DNA from: Guillardia theta CCMP2712
Taxonomy: Eukaryota; Protista; Cryptophyta
Assembly: GCF_000315625.1 (NCBI RefSeq)
Contig: NW_005434652.1
Location: 426,384 to 490,383, forward strand
Direction of reading: 5' to 3'
Length of the DNA stretch: 64,000 nt
Part shown: in pieces, positions 23,201 through 35,800 of the stretch
How positions within the stretch are numbered: position 1 is the stretch's first letter
Layout of the letters: each line of letters opens with the position of its first letter
Notes under the pieces: model-generated
Database searches by the model: none
Told to the model about the DNA's origin: nothing
The model's input: the letters and a program-made list of their open reading frames with translations, nothing else
Position numbers and translations under genes: made by a program

Positions 23201-26200
23201 CGAGGAAACCGATAAGGCTGTTGAGTTGGAAGCTGAGAACTGGAACTATGCCATTTCAGTGCCAAACAAGGGAGAGGAAATTGACAAGACCACCGTTAAG
23301 GGTTCACAGTTTCAGCAGCCTTTGTTGGAATTCAGCGGAGCTTGTGAAGGATGCGGTGAAACTCCTTATGTGAAGCTGTTGACTCAGCTTTTGGGAGACC
23401 GTTTGGTCGTTGCAAATGCAACGGGATGCTCTTCAATTTGGGGTGCCTCTGCTCCATCATTCCCTTACACTGTCAATGCACGTGGTGAAGGACCTGCCTG
23501 GGCGAATTCTCTCTTTGAGGATAATGCTGAGTTTGGACTTGGAATGCGTCGTGCATTTAAGCAAAGGAGAAATCAGCTCATGTTCTTGGTAAGCACGTGT
23601 TTAAGCAAATTGTCTGTCTAAACGTTGTAATAGGTTGACGATGCTTTGGAGGATAAAACTGTGCCGCTCAGTGACAAACTTCGCAAACTTCTCTCCCAAT
23701 ATTCCGTTATGCGACATGAAGATAAGCTTGACATGCTTTTGCCCAAAGGAAGATCGTTTTACAATCAGGTATGTACTGATATTTTTCTGAGTATAAGGTG
23801 ACTTTGATCTCAGCTGCGGGAGAAGATTATTCCACTTCTGAGAGAGGAAGCTAAAAACCATGAAAAGATTCAGGAATTGTGGGATCAGGCGGATATATTT
23901 GGAAGGCACAGTCACTGGATTATTGGTGGTGATGGATGGGCGTACGATATTGGATTTGGAGGTTTAGATCATGTCTTGGCTAGGTTTGAAGATCAAACTT
24001 TCTTATTGTTATCTTTTGACTCTGCTGGACAGTGAGGAGCATATCAATGTTCTGGTCTTGGATACCGAAATGTATTCCAACACTGGAGGTCAAGCTTCGA
24101 AGTATGCGCACATGTGTCCTGTAAGCATCCTAATTTGTTATTTCAGGTCTACTCCACGTGGTGCTCAAGCCAAGTTTGCAGAAACTGGAAAATTGACAGC
24201 CAAGAAGGACCTTGGGCAGTACGCTATGACTTACAAGAACGTCTATGTTGCATCTATTTGTATCCATGTCAACCATCAACAAGCCATCCGAGCACTTCTG
24301 GAGGCTGAAGCATATCCCGGACCTTCGCTTGTGATTTGCTATTCCCCATGTATTTCACAGGTGTACATGCAGAACGTCCTCTCTTGCAACTAATTCGTTT
24401 TTCAGGGCTTCCCAATGGCTGAGGCCATTCAACAATGTCGCGATGCAGTCGAGAGTGGATATTGGCCTTTGTATCGTTACAATCCTCTTCTCGCAGAGGG
24501 TGGAAACAATCCCTTCCAGTTGGATAGCAAGAAAATCTCTGGCGACTTGTTCACTTTCTTGGCTCACGAAAATCGCTTTGCATCAGTTATGAGGAGAAAT
24601 CCTTCCTATGCCCAAGCGCATCAAGACCGCTTACAACGACAGATTGCAGACAGAGCGAAGGCTCTGAATGTTTTGAGTCTTGATGAACTTCCGGCATCTC
24701 TCAAGGCTGCTGGTCCATCCGAGAGTGTGACTGTGCTTTACGGCTCTGAGACTGGAAATGCCGAGGAGCAAGCCAAATCACTTTTTGCCGATTTGAAAGC
24801 AAGAGGCACCTCAGCAACCCTATCTAGCTTGGATGACTTTGATTTTGAGGAACTTCCAAATCAAAGCACGGTTTTGGTTGTCATTTCAACGTGTGGTCAA
24901 GGCGAATTTCCGGCAAATTCTCACAAATTCTGGATGAAGCTCTCTGATCCCACACTGCCAATGTCATTTTTGGAAGGAATCAAGTTTAGCGTGTTTGGTC
25001 TTGGTGATTCCACGTACTCCTTGTTTTGTGTCGCTGCCGAAAGAATTGATGTGAGGCTGGCTGAGCTGGGTGCCACTAGAATTTTGAATCGTGGAATTGG
25101 TGATGACAGAGACGAGGACAGGTATTACACGGGCTGGGATAACTGGACACCGCAACTTTGGAATGCTTTGCACGTCCCACAGAAACCATTGGAGCGAAAG
25201 ATACCCAAACCTGCGTACAAGGTCACTCGTACCCAGGGAGAAGCTACCCCATCAGTTTCGAATGATAAGCTTGTTCCTCCGGGATCAAATCCATTGAAGC
25301 TGATGGAAAACACGTTGCTCACGCCGGAGGGTTATGACCGTGACATCCGACACTATGTGTTTAAAATCAAGGATACGAATGTTGAATACAAGGTTGGTGA
25401 TGTACTTGCAATCTATCCAAGAAACCACGTGGATCAAGTTGAGGAGTTCTGCAAGATGTATGGTTTGGATCCCAACGAAGAGCTCAATGTCGTTTCTACT
25501 CCCGAGGCAAGAAATCAGATTCCTGAAGAGCTCAATGTTCGTCAGCTTCTTCAGTGCGTGCTTGATATCTTCGGCAAGCCCAACAGGCGCTTCTACGATA
25601 CTTTGTCTCTCTTCGCCACAGACCCGGCTGAGAAGCAGAAGCTTGAGCTTATCACTTCTGAAGACCCAGACGGCAAGGCCTTGTACAGAGAACTTTCACA
25701 TGACATGGCAAATCATGCTGATGTCTTGAAGCGTTTCCCTTCAGCAAGGCCTCCTCTGGAGCAGCTTATGGACATGATTCCGGTGATCAAACCGCGTTCC
25801 TACTCCATCGCTTCAGCTCCAAGTATGCACCCTGATGAGATTGAGCTTTGCATCGTTGCTGTCGACTGGGAGGTGCCTTCAACGGGCGAGAAGAGATTCG
25901 GGCAATGCACAAGCTACCTGCGAACCACCAAGCCTGGAGACACCATCATGTGCTCTGTGAAACCAAGTTCCATCGTCCTCCCTGAGGACAACAAGGCTCC
26001 TCTCCTTATGGCAGGCATGGGCACCGGTCTGGCGCCATGGCGTGCCTTGACCCAGCATCGCATCGCCCTCAAGCAGCAAGGCATCGATGTTGGACCCTGC
26101 ACCATCTACTACGGCGCACGCAAGGGTGCAACCGAGTACCTCTACCGCGAGGAGTTCGAGAAGTACGAGAAGATGGGAGTCCTAAGAATGGTCACAGCCT

Positions 26201-26454
26201 TCTCGCGCGACCAGCCGCAAAAGATTTATGTGCAACATCGCATCAGAGAAGACTACGAGAATGTGTTCCGACAGCTGATGAAGGAGCAGGGCAGTTTCTA
26301 TGTGTGCGGATCTTCTCGAAACGTTCCCGAAGATATCTACAACGCAATGAAGGAGGTCATGATGCTTGGTGGAGGGATGCAGGAGGCTGATGCTGAAGCC
26401 GCTCTTGCTTCTCTCAAGATGGACGGACGTTACACAGTCGAGGCTTGGTCGTAG
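20296..26454 (+). CDS. PNO: Pyruvate:NADP+ oxidoreductase (PFOR fused to an NADPH-cytochrome P450 reductase-type diflavin module), probably mitochondrial
   Basis: YPITPSSPMGE, EMQSEAGAAG, GLGSDGTVGANK, CTQCNYCSLICP, CTGCELCVRICP, FSGACEGCGE, ATGCSSIWG, GGDGWAYDIG, then LYGSETGNAE, FGLGDSTY, PRSYSIAS, GTGLAPW, AFSRD and terminal EAWS. Six introns at about 23086-23132, 23589-23633, 23769-23813, 23984-24032, 24102-24146 and 24361-24405. Confidence 0.97.
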
Positions 26455-26497
26455 ATTGCTTCGCAAGAGAAACGTTTTGATTTGAATGAACGAAGTT

Positions 26498-28651
26498 TCA
26501 CATCCACATCATTCTTATCCCTCCTGACCTATCTCCGATGTAGAGGCGATTCAAGTATTGGTCCCCCTGGCCAACGTCAGCCTCGCTCTCATGAATGCGA
26601 AGCTACCGCAATGCAGCAGATCCTTGCGGAGACGTGGAGCAAAAGCTCTCCCTTGACCTGCAACCTCCTCACTCCCAACCCCTGCCCCTCCTCCTTCACC
26701 TCCTCCTCCCTTGCTGCTTTGAGACTCCAAACCATGACGTTGCCCTCGGCCCCCCCCGACAGCAGCCGCGACCTGCCGAGCATGATTGCCAGCCATCCGT
26801 GCAAGCCTGTTCACCTGGTCTCGTCCACGACCAGCGACCTGACAGGCTCCGCATGCCCTCTAAGTACTCTAAGGAGGGCAAGATCCTCCGAGTCCCCCAC
26901 GTCCCAGACCTGCAGGAGACTGAAGGAACGGTCTGAGGACAAGTAGCTTTTACTTTGATCGTCGTGTCGTCTCCTGCCGAGCACAGGAGCTTCAGGTAGA
27001 GATCCAGAACGAGCCCGTTCACGCTCTGCTCGTGCCCTTGTATCCGCTTCGTCCTCTGAAACTTCAGCCCTCCCTCCTCCACCGTCACTTGGAACAGAAC
27101 GATGGACCCGTCGAAACCCCCAGCAAAGAGCACCCTCCTGGCAGAGTACAGCGCGAGGCACTCGATGCTCGCCCTCAGCGGCTCGCTACTGCCTACTTCA
27201 TGCAGATCATCAGCCTTCCATGCCCTGACGGCTCCTTCGGCTCCCCCTGTGAGATACACATGCTGCTCCTTATCAAGCACGATGCAGTGAAGGGAGGAGC
27301 GATGCGCTTGTCGAGCAGCGAGTGGGCTCGGGGTCCCCGCGCTCCACTTGCGCACGTAGCCATCATATGACACGGAGAAGATCTGGTCGAGCTGGTCGTC
27401 ATACACAGCAGACGCAACGGAGTGGTGATGTCCTGGGGGGGAGGCATCAGTGCGGCTGGGGAGGAGGGGAAGGGTGTGGGAGGGGAGAGGATGCTGAGCA
27501 AACGGTCACCGTGGAACTGAAAGTCCTCCTTCATCCCTTCGAGGGAGATGCTCCAGAGCTTCATGACACAATCCGCACCGCAGGATATGATGAAGGAGCC
27601 GTTGACCTGCACAGTCAGTGCCAGGACGTCCCGTTGGTGCGCCCGTATCCACTGAGTGACTCTGAGGGCAGACCATGCTACCTTCCTGTCTGCTGCTGAC
27701 GTCAGCACACTCATCAACTCGCTCTGCAGCACCTATCAGCGTCCCAGGGCCTGACTTTGCCGTGATGTACTTGTTTATGGTGGAATCCATCTAAATCCAC
27801 TGAGGCACGTAGTGGTGTCGGGGGTGCTACACACCTGGTGGATCAGGCTCAGCACCTGTCGGCTGCTCCTCAGCTCTTCCGAGTCAGGCATCTCGGACGC
27901 GTCGTCTCTCTTCGACGACACCTTCACCTGCAACCCGCATGTCAACTGCCCTATCAACCATTCTCGTCGCCAGCTACCAACTCCGCAAGAGAGTCCACCA
28001 CATCAATGTGGTTGAGGAGATCTTTCATGATGCTGATGCAAGACATCCTGGAACCACTTCAGCAGAGCCAGTGGCGATCGTCTCTACCTCCTCTCTATCG
28101 GGTTGCGGCGCTTCAGGTAGTGGGTGATAGTGAGGCGGATGATGGTGAGGCGTCGGACGTCGTCGAAAGACTTGAGAATCCTGAGGGATTTCTCTGCGAG
28201 GAAGGGTCGTGAGGATGGATCTAGGAGCTTCTACTGCTCTGAGTGGAGCAACCTGCATGAGGCAACGCCTCGGTGAAGAGCTGTGTCGTCCGGTCGCTGA
28301 CAACACTGGCGATTGAGTAGAGTCCTGAAACCCACCATCATCATGAGATCAAGGCACGAATGTGGGAGTCACTCCACCATTGCCAAAGAGAAGCACGGCT
28401 CTGTCCCAGTCTTCAAAGTCTGGCCTGCCCCTCTCAGTGCGCCTGAATGTCTTGGAGAGCTGCTTCTACAACCACGGCATCGTTTGTCAGCGGGCACGGA
28501 GGAGGAGAGAGCCAGGAAGGAGAGAAACCTGGAGCACGTCGTTGATCAGGTTCAGGTGGACCTTGTCAGATGCCTTGACATGATCCAAGCTTCGCTCCCC
28601 CACCATCTCCAGGAAGAAACGCATGCTGTCGTTCACCGCCACATCCACCAT
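26498..28651 (-). CDS. WD40-repeat protein (multi-exon)
   Basis: AHQRDVLAL...SCGADCVMKLWS, SVSYDGYVRKWS, TGGAEGAVRAWK, GHEQSVNGL...SAGDDTTIKVWD, GHAEPVRSL; ends LYIGDRSGGIRMMWM* at ~26498; candidate start MVDVAVNDSMRF at 28651. Confidence 0.8.
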
Positions 28652-29204
28652 GTCGCATCTCCGACAAAAACTCGCCGAGATGAAGTGCGGTCCGATCATC
28701 GCCCGGCCGCCCGGCCCAGCCCGGCGGCCCGGGCAGTCCCGGCCCGGGGTGGGCCAGTGAGGTGTACGCCCCAAAGTTGACCAAAGTCAAATCACCCTAC
28801 CCCTCTTTTGGCCCTGCGTGGCAACGATTTTCCTGAGAGCACCCAGGTCCTTCCTTGCCAATTTTTCCTATTAGCACCTGATGAGGCCGGAAAAGCAACT
28901 TCTCAGAAAGTGCGCCATGCGTCAGAGCACGGGCCGGGGGCCAGGGGGCGCGGGGGGCCGCCCCAGGCCGGTACTGGGAAGACACAGTTGTTATAGTGAA
29001 CCCGGCCGGGCACTGGCAGGCCGCGGGGCTCGCGGACTGAGAAAAATCTTCTTTACTCAAAACTTACTGGCAGTACGGAAGTTTGAGAAACTGTGCCTTG
29101 TTTACTGTACTGAGAAAGAAGTTCAAGGTCATCTAGATTACGTTCAACATTGAGACTAGAGAGCAGCGAGGACTTGAATGAGGAGAGGAGAAACTGAGGA
29201 ACGT

Positions 29205-32200
29205 CTACGAGCAGGCTCGCAGGAACACTCGCGTCCTCTGATGGGTCGAGACGTAGCCATCTCCTCTCGCAATCAGGCGAAGAACGCAACTCCAGTGGCT
29301 GCTCCTAGCAAAGCAGCTGCTGGCTTCCTCAGCAAAGAGCATGAAGTTCTGCTGCCCGGGGACGATCGTGCCAAGAAAGACGTCCAGTGTCCCGTCCTCC
29401 TCGTCGGAGTACACAAGGATGCTGTGAGCAAGCGACATCTCCTGCTCGAGCTCGAGCGGCTCGGCGAAGAAGATATAGCGAACACTAGCAGTGCTCCAAC
29501 CGCTCGCTGAGGGCTGGCAGCCAGCAGGAGGCTGCCCTGAACGAGCGACGCTGGCAGCAGCAGAAGGAGAGAGCAGGAGGCCCTCCTGCCTGAGCTCTAC
29601 TTCCCGGAAGACCCGGGCTGCATCGAATCCTCCGCAGGGAGGCTGTAGAGGGGCATGGAGGGAGGAGCCCGCGTTCTTCTTCACGTTGGACCTCCAGAAC
29701 CTGTCCTGCACAAAGATGGGGGGGAGGGAGATGTAAGCTTCCAGGAGGCGAGTCTGGATGAGGAACTGATACATCCTGTCGATGACGTCAAAGACGGGCA
29801 TGCAGAGCTGGGAGATCTTCTTGGCCCCTTTGACGCTGTAGAAGATGGCAGCGGAGCAGGAGGGAGCGAATGCTCGGGCAAGGAGAGGGTGAGCATGCGA
29901 GTAGGTGACGTTGGCGCAGGTCTCGTAGCAGAACTCCAGGTAGATCATGTCGGAAGACGGAGGAGACTGGGACAGAACCTCCGCGAGCCTGACGCTGACC
30001 TGCCGCAAGTCTTGGGCAATCGGGAGAACATCGTCCTCGAAGATGAGGAGAGGGTATTCTCCCTCCGCAGCGTCCTTGATGATACGGACTTGCTCATGTG
30101 CGTTTGCCAGGTACTTCATCTTAGCTTCTTGATCACCATCCTTGTACCAGTCCAGCCGCAGGAGCAGGTTGGCGGATACTTTGCCGCTTCCTACCAGCGA
30201 TTCGAGATTCACCTCCTTCCAACTGATAGTGGGGGGTATCGAGAGGTTCTTGAAGCCGATGCGCCGGAGGGTCTGCTGGACGTGCTGGAGGCGGAGACTG
30301 TCGTGCCTCTGGTTCATGACGACGACCGGTATCGAACCGAGGTCGATGGACTCTTCCTCTCCCCCTCCTTGCGCACTGGCGGCGGAAACCTCCCGCAGCG
30401 ATGGGAAGTTCAGTCTCATCATGGAGGCTGCTGAGTTGTTGAGAGTCTCGTGCAACCATGTACGCCATCGATCCGGTTCAAGTCTCCAGCCCTCGTCCTC
30501 ACCGTCCAAGACCAGAGGCAGACGAGACCTGGGCAGGAAGTCCTTCGAGACCGTCCAGAAGAGATCGTTCCTCTCCAGAGAGAAAGGGGAATGCGATGGC
30601 ATTTTAATCTCGTCGATCACGATTCGAGGGACTCCACTGACATGGCTTGTCCATGCAAACATCACCTGCACATCATCCACGCTGTTGAAGAGATGTCGAA
30701 CAGTCGTCAACTTGAAAATCAGGTCACGGTAGCAGACGCTGGTGTGAAACCCGGTGGTCCCGATCCTCAACAAATCTACTTCATCGCGATCTATAGCTCT
30801 CCTGCGGCCGTGGAGAGGCTGATTCAAACTCAGGCCCTCCAGCCCGATCATTGCGCGCTTGTCAAATTTGTCAATCAACGACTTCATCCTCCCAACGTAA
30901 CCGGCAGGGTACGACAGGCGATCATCCATCATGATTACATACCCCGTCCAGAAGTCGAACACACTTTGCAATCTGACCACGTTGACGCTTGACATGTTCT
31001 GCACGCTTCGAGAACAATCGTGGAAGTCCTCCTCCCTGACTTGCTGTGGAATTACCCAGTCGATCCGCGTCACACCCTCCAGGTGAGGGAACAAGCGCAT
31101 GAATCCCTCTCTGCACTCCTCACCTTGCAAGCAAGAAGAGAAGACGACTACATTTGTGTTCTCCTCCATCGAACCCCCTTTGTCGTCCTCATCAATCACT
31201 AGAAGTTTCCTTGACAAGACCAGCTTCTGCTCCCGCTTCATCCCCACTGTCCCAAAGATCAGGAGCTCGACGTCATGGCTGATTAGATGATCATGCAGAG
31301 TGACCACCATGTCGACCACACACCCTTGCCAACGTTGACTGTTGACAAGGAACGAACATCCTTCTCCAGATTCCTTGTTCTTCGTCTCACCCCGGACGAG
31401 ATCCGCACGCGTCAGCTCTCTTGGTCCCCCAAATGCTCGAATCGTCAGCCGGCTGGAATCATCTCCTGTCAGCCATGGCTCGACAGCGAACCGAACATCA
31501 CACTTCCAGGTCCTCCCGGGGCCCGACAAGATGCATTCGATCTCGGAGAACTCCACAAGATGGTTGCTGGCAACTGTTGTTTGATGATCCGCGAAGATCC
31601 AATCGCTCTTGAAGTCTCTCATGACATGCTTGTCAAGTCCAAACATGTAAACCACTCGCTTCGCTAGTTGCGACAAGTCGAGATGGTCGGCAAAGAGTGC
31701 CAGCGGGCCATAGGCAAGATGGAGCTCCTCCGCGTGTTCAATCAGGAGAGCCATGTCCAAGATCGAAACCAACGAGGACAGGAAGGGCGTCACGTCAAGG
31801 CAGCGAGCGTTCCCTAGAGTCAGATTTCCCTCCCGGCAAGGGGAGAATCTCGAGGATGACGAGGACACTATGTAACGTTCACCTGGCCGGATCCCAAACA
31901 AGTCCCGCACGCTCCGCTCATCCTCCTCTCGCCGATTGAAGTGCCATCTTGACCAGCGCTCGCTGGGGTCCCTCCCCAGCTCGAGGTAGAGTGCGTCTGT
32001 GCAGCTCATGCTGAGGGCTCGCGACGTCCCTGGGCCGAGGAGTTTGAGAGAGGAGCCATCAAACCGGATGCTGGGAACGACCAACTCCTGCTCGAGAGAC
32101 TGCGAAGATGCTGCAGGAAGATCTTGAGGGAGCAACGGTCGGACGTTGTGCAGATCTCCGAAGAGACGATCGAAGGATGGCATCTCCTCTTCGGTCATCT

Positions 32201-32423
32201 CCAGCAAGACCTTGCCATGGCTGGACGACAAGTCCCTGACGATTGCCGCGCAGAGCAACAGCTCCCATGAGCAACCGCCATCAGTTTCCGTTCCCTGATG
32301 CCTGTGGAACGTAACGAGAACATCGCCAGGAGATGCCCAGGACAAGTGCAGCAGGATGGATAGGACAAGTGCTACAATCGCCCATCCCCACGAGGGCAGG
32401 TGCATGCCTGCCACTTTGCGCAT
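29205..32423 (-). CDS. Intronless secreted/lumenal multi-module glycosyltransferase-like protein with a C-terminal GT25-like domain
   Basis: 1072-aa ORF; signal peptide WGWAIVALVLSILLHLSWA; GT25-like VVVMNQRHDSLRLQ...LIFEDDV...IYLEFC...AAIFYSVKGAKKI...VIDRMY; upstream GT-A-like IMMDDRLSYPAGYV. Confidence 0.75.
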   Translation of the reverse strand: MRKVAGMHLPSWGWAIVALVLSILLHLSWASPGDVLVTFHRHQGTETDGGCSWELLLCAAIVRDLSSSHGKVLLEMTEEEMPSFDRLFGDLHNVRPLLPQDLPAASSQSLEQELVVPSIRFDGSSLKLLGPGTSRALSMSCTDALYLELGRDPSERWSRWHFNRREEDERSVRDLFGIRPGERYIVSSSSSRFSPCREGNLTLGNARCLDVTPFLSSLVSILDMALLIEHAEELHLAYGPLALFADHLDLSQLAKRVVYMFGLDKHVMRDFKSDWIFADHQTTVASNHLVEFSEIECILSGPGRTWKCDVRFAVEPWLTGDDSSRLTIRAFGGPRELTRADLVRGETKNKESGEGCSFLVNSQRWQGCVVDMVVTLHDHLISHDVELLIFGTVGMKREQKLVLSRKLLVIDEDDKGGSMEENTNVVVFSSCLQGEECREGFMRLFPHLEGVTRIDWVIPQQVREEDFHDCSRSVQNMSSVNVVRLQSVFDFWTGYVIMMDDRLSYPAGYVGRMKSLIDKFDKRAMIGLEGLSLNQPLHGRRRAIDRDEVDLLRIGTTGFHTSVCYRDLIFKLTTVRHLFNSVDDVQVMFAWTSHVSGVPRIVIDEIKMPSHSPFSLERNDLFWTVSKDFLPRSRLPLVLDGEDEGWRLEPDRWRTWLHETLNNSAASMMRLNFPSLREVSAASAQGGGEEESIDLGSIPVVVMNQRHDSLRLQHVQQTLRRIGFKNLSIPPTISWKEVNLESLVGSGKVSANLLLRLDWYKDGDQEAKMKYLANAHEQVRIIKDAAEGEYPLLIFEDDVLPIAQDLRQVSVRLAEVLSQSPPSSDMIYLEFCYETCANVTYSHAHPLLARAFAPSCSAAIFYSVKGAKKISQLCMPVFDVIDRMYQFLIQTRLLEAYISLPPIFVQDRFWRSNVKKNAGSSLHAPLQPPCGGFDAARVFREVELRQEGLLLSPSAAASVARSGQPPAGCQPSASGWSTASVRYIFFAEPLELEQEMSLAHSILVYSDEEDGTLDVFLGTIVPGQQNFMLFAEEASSCFARSSHWSCVLRLIARGDGYVSTHQRTRVFLRACS

Positions 32424-32873
32424 CGGTTAAGCCATGGACTGTGGAGGTCGTGTGATGCAGTCCCGAACAAGGGGTAAATGTGGGAGGTTCCAAAGTGATC
32501 GAACAAGAGATGTAGAGAGCAGGGAAGGGAACAAGAGGAATGAGGCCGTTGGGTGTTGGGGGATAGAAGAGGAAAGGAGAGGAGGAGGATGGAACGTCCA
32601 GGAGAGGAGAAGAGAGGAGGAAGAGAGGGAGGAGGGTCAGACTACAGATCTTCACGTGTCCTCCTCGCCTCCTCCCGCCATGGATCCTTTCAAGCAGTAG
32701 CAGCCATAGATCGCAATTCCCTCCTAGAGTCGCAAGGTGCAGGGGTGATATTGATAGACAGCATAAGAGAAGGGGTGTGAAATAGGGATTATTCAAGGGA
32801 AAAATGGTGGTGGGGTGGGACGGAAAATTTGCCTAGGGGTGGGGTGTGGGCTGGAGGAGGAGCAAGGTTTACC

Positions 32874-35800
32874 ATGGCGGCAGAGATGGTAGAGGGGCGG
32901 CTGGTGATGGCGAAGATCAAGGGATTTTCATGGTGGCCAGCGCAGGTATGTGATGAACGCAGAGGAAAGAAGCGATGGTGTTGGATGTTCGATGGTGGGC
33001 TGGGTTGGAGCGTACTGCGCGCCTGAACCTTGAATGCAGATCGTCAATCCAGCAAGCAAGGGCATGCAGGAGAAGAATAACGGGAGCCGCTTTGTGTATT
33101 TCTTCGGGACGAAGAGATACGGTTGGGCAAGGAGAGAGTGTATCCTCCTCTTCACCACCAGCCTCCACTTGGTCGATCGACCGTGCTCATTGCCCGACAA
33201 CTAACAGGACCCCGCCCCAGGTTTCCACTGCGAACGAGCGCAAGTTGAAGGCAGCGTTGCAAGAAGCGCAGAGGGCTGTTGTCGACTCTAGAGATGTCGC
33301 AGACTTCGAATCCAGTGTCAAGCGGCAAGGCCTCGGTGTCTACCTGGAGTCCAACTCCGCAGGGTCAGCTGCGAGCGCAACCGATGGCGCAGACGAAATC
33401 CGCAGCATGAAACGGAAAGCAGCCGAAGACAACGCGTCAGACTCGGCCAGCGAGAAGGATTTCAAGGCAAAGAAATCCGGTGCGCGGCTCTGCCCCTCCA
33501 GAAGTAGGATAGAACGGGTCGATGCATAGATCTCTCAGATTGAATTCCAGAATAGATATGGCGGAGTCCGATCATTGTGTAGATTCATTCTTTATTGCAA
33601 CCTAAAGTGCGTCACTTTCTGACAGATGCAGCTGCAGGAGCAGGTACCAAGGAGAAATCGAGATCTGCAAAGGACGCATTGAAGTTTCATGAGAGCAACG
33701 ACGAGGGCATGGATTTCGCGTGGATCGGCAACCCCACGCATGTAAGAGTTTGTTGTTTGTCTAAGGGAGGATGCTGAGATTTTCCAATGCAGATCAAGGA
33801 TGGAAGGAAGTACTATCACACCTTCATGAAGAATGATCAAACTTTCCGATGCTACGACTGTGCTTACCTGTACGAAACGCGGCCTTACCATGCTGGGGCA
33901 AGTGAGATTCCTGCAGGAAACCGAACAAAGAAGATGAAGAGATGTACATCGTCCTCATCAAGGAGATGTGGGAAAGCGACGATGGCAAGAAGGAAATCCA
34001 GGGGCACTGGATCTATCGGTCATCGGACATGCCCAAGAGTGTTGAGATGCTGCACAAATCGGAGGTGTTCTTGTCCGACTGGGTGGACTGCAACCCTATC
34101 GAGAGCGTTGTCCAGGTGGGCTGCCGCTGGAGCAACGAACGTTTGCTGATGGCTGTCCTTCAGAGAGCTCCCGTCATCTTCTCCCGCAGCGATCCGAAGC
34201 AGATGAACGGGAAGTTGCTTGCAAAGTCCAAAGACCTCCACATCTGCCTCAGGAAACTTGAGCCCAAGAGTGGGAAACTTCGCTTTCTCAAGGATGTAGA
34301 TGAAGACATCGTGCGGCGGATCCTGCCAATGGACACATCTGAGGTCTTCTCTGCCCTCCTTGGCCGAACCCTGTGACCTTGACGACCAGGACGACTCGGG
34401 CGACTTCCACCGGCAGCCCCCCAGGGACTACGATCCTCAGGTCCTCGAGAGGGCGGAGAAGTGGATCCCCCTGGAGCTGAGGCTCAAGACGTGGACGGGG
34501 ATCAAGTCTATCAACCAAAGGTCAGCAGGGAACTTGCTGGAGGGAGAGGAGGACTAAGTGTTGTCCGTTGCAGCAACAAGCTGCCGCAGGCTCCCAACCC
34601 TCTGCGGCACGACACGAGGGTCACTGATATCGCACTCTCCCCTTCCGGCGTCCATGCGCTGACTTGCAGCATCGGGGGGACACTCCGGCTGTGGGATGTG
34701 GAGTCCGGGTCGATGAAGATGCAGTGGAAGGACTTGGAGGAGACGAACAGCCTGGACGAGCTGCACACGGTGGCCTTCACACATGGGGGATCGAGGAAAG
34801 TTTGTTGTGCAGGTCGACAAGGGTCTTCTGACTTGGGTGGTTCAGGTGTGTGATGGGGGGGTGTAAACGAGACCGATCCAAGTGGGACGATGGTAGGAGG
34901 AGGAGGAGGAGGAGGAGGAGGAGGAGGAGGAGGAGGAGGAGGAGGAGGAGGAAGGCGGGGGTGGGAGGGGGAGGATCGCTCGAAGTGATTAGAGCGGAAG
35001 GCGAGGAAGTCAACAGCCTGATCTGCGGGTTCATCAAAACCCTCTGCGTTGAGACTCAGGCTGTCCTACAACGACTTTGCCTCCACAAAGCTCCAGTGCT
35101 GAGGTCAGCGAGCTTGACCCTTGCTGCTGCGATCAAGCTGAACCGTGCATCAGAGTTGAGGTCGGGTGGAGTGAGGAAGGAGGGGTTTGCCTGTCGGAAA
35201 GTGCTGATGGAGCCGTGGTGAAATGGGTGTTTGATGGAGAGAAAGAACTCTTTGAGAAGGTGAGAAGTTTTGCTGCGCCCTCCTCCTCTGATCTCTTTGC
35301 CCTTCAACATCGACAGGCTGGTGATGTCTTCTGCGAGAAAGCCGGTGGGATAAACCTGCTGTACCCCCCGCGAGGTAGATCGTTGATGCTCGTTCCTCCT
35401 CCTCCCCCTCCCCCTCCCCTGACCGATTCGACCAGGCATCGAGGCAAGCTGCATCGCCGTTGCTCACGACCGGGGACTGAGGTGACTGCCAAGACTTTCT
35501 CCCATCTCTCATCCTCATCCTCCCGTCTCCAGCCTCTACGACCTCAAGACGATGGAACGGTGTGATCGCTTCGACGATCTCTTCTCGTTCGACTGCAAGG
35601 AGATCACAGTTGTGAGCAGACGTGCCGAGTCATCAGTCAGCCGCAAGATTGACATCCTTCCAGGTCCCACCCTACGACGACAACGCCGTCTCCACCGCCT
35701 GCTGGCAGACCCTCCTGCTGTGCGGCAGAGAGTCGAAGGTGAAGGAGCGATCCTCATCCTCCTGCTTCTGACCCTCTCGCGTTCCTCAAGGACGGTCACC

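Noticed and set aside
26182-26466. Possible last WD40 exon overlapping the PNO coding sequence in antisense
   Set aside because: The WD40 frame ends naturally at IRMMWM* (26498), so no extra exon is needed.
3780-29061. Shared 13-mer ttctttactcaaa beside a GC island downstream of two minus-strand genes (3780 and 29049)
   Set aside because: Shared 13-mers are expected by chance in 64 kb, and there are only two cases, too weak to call a terminator.
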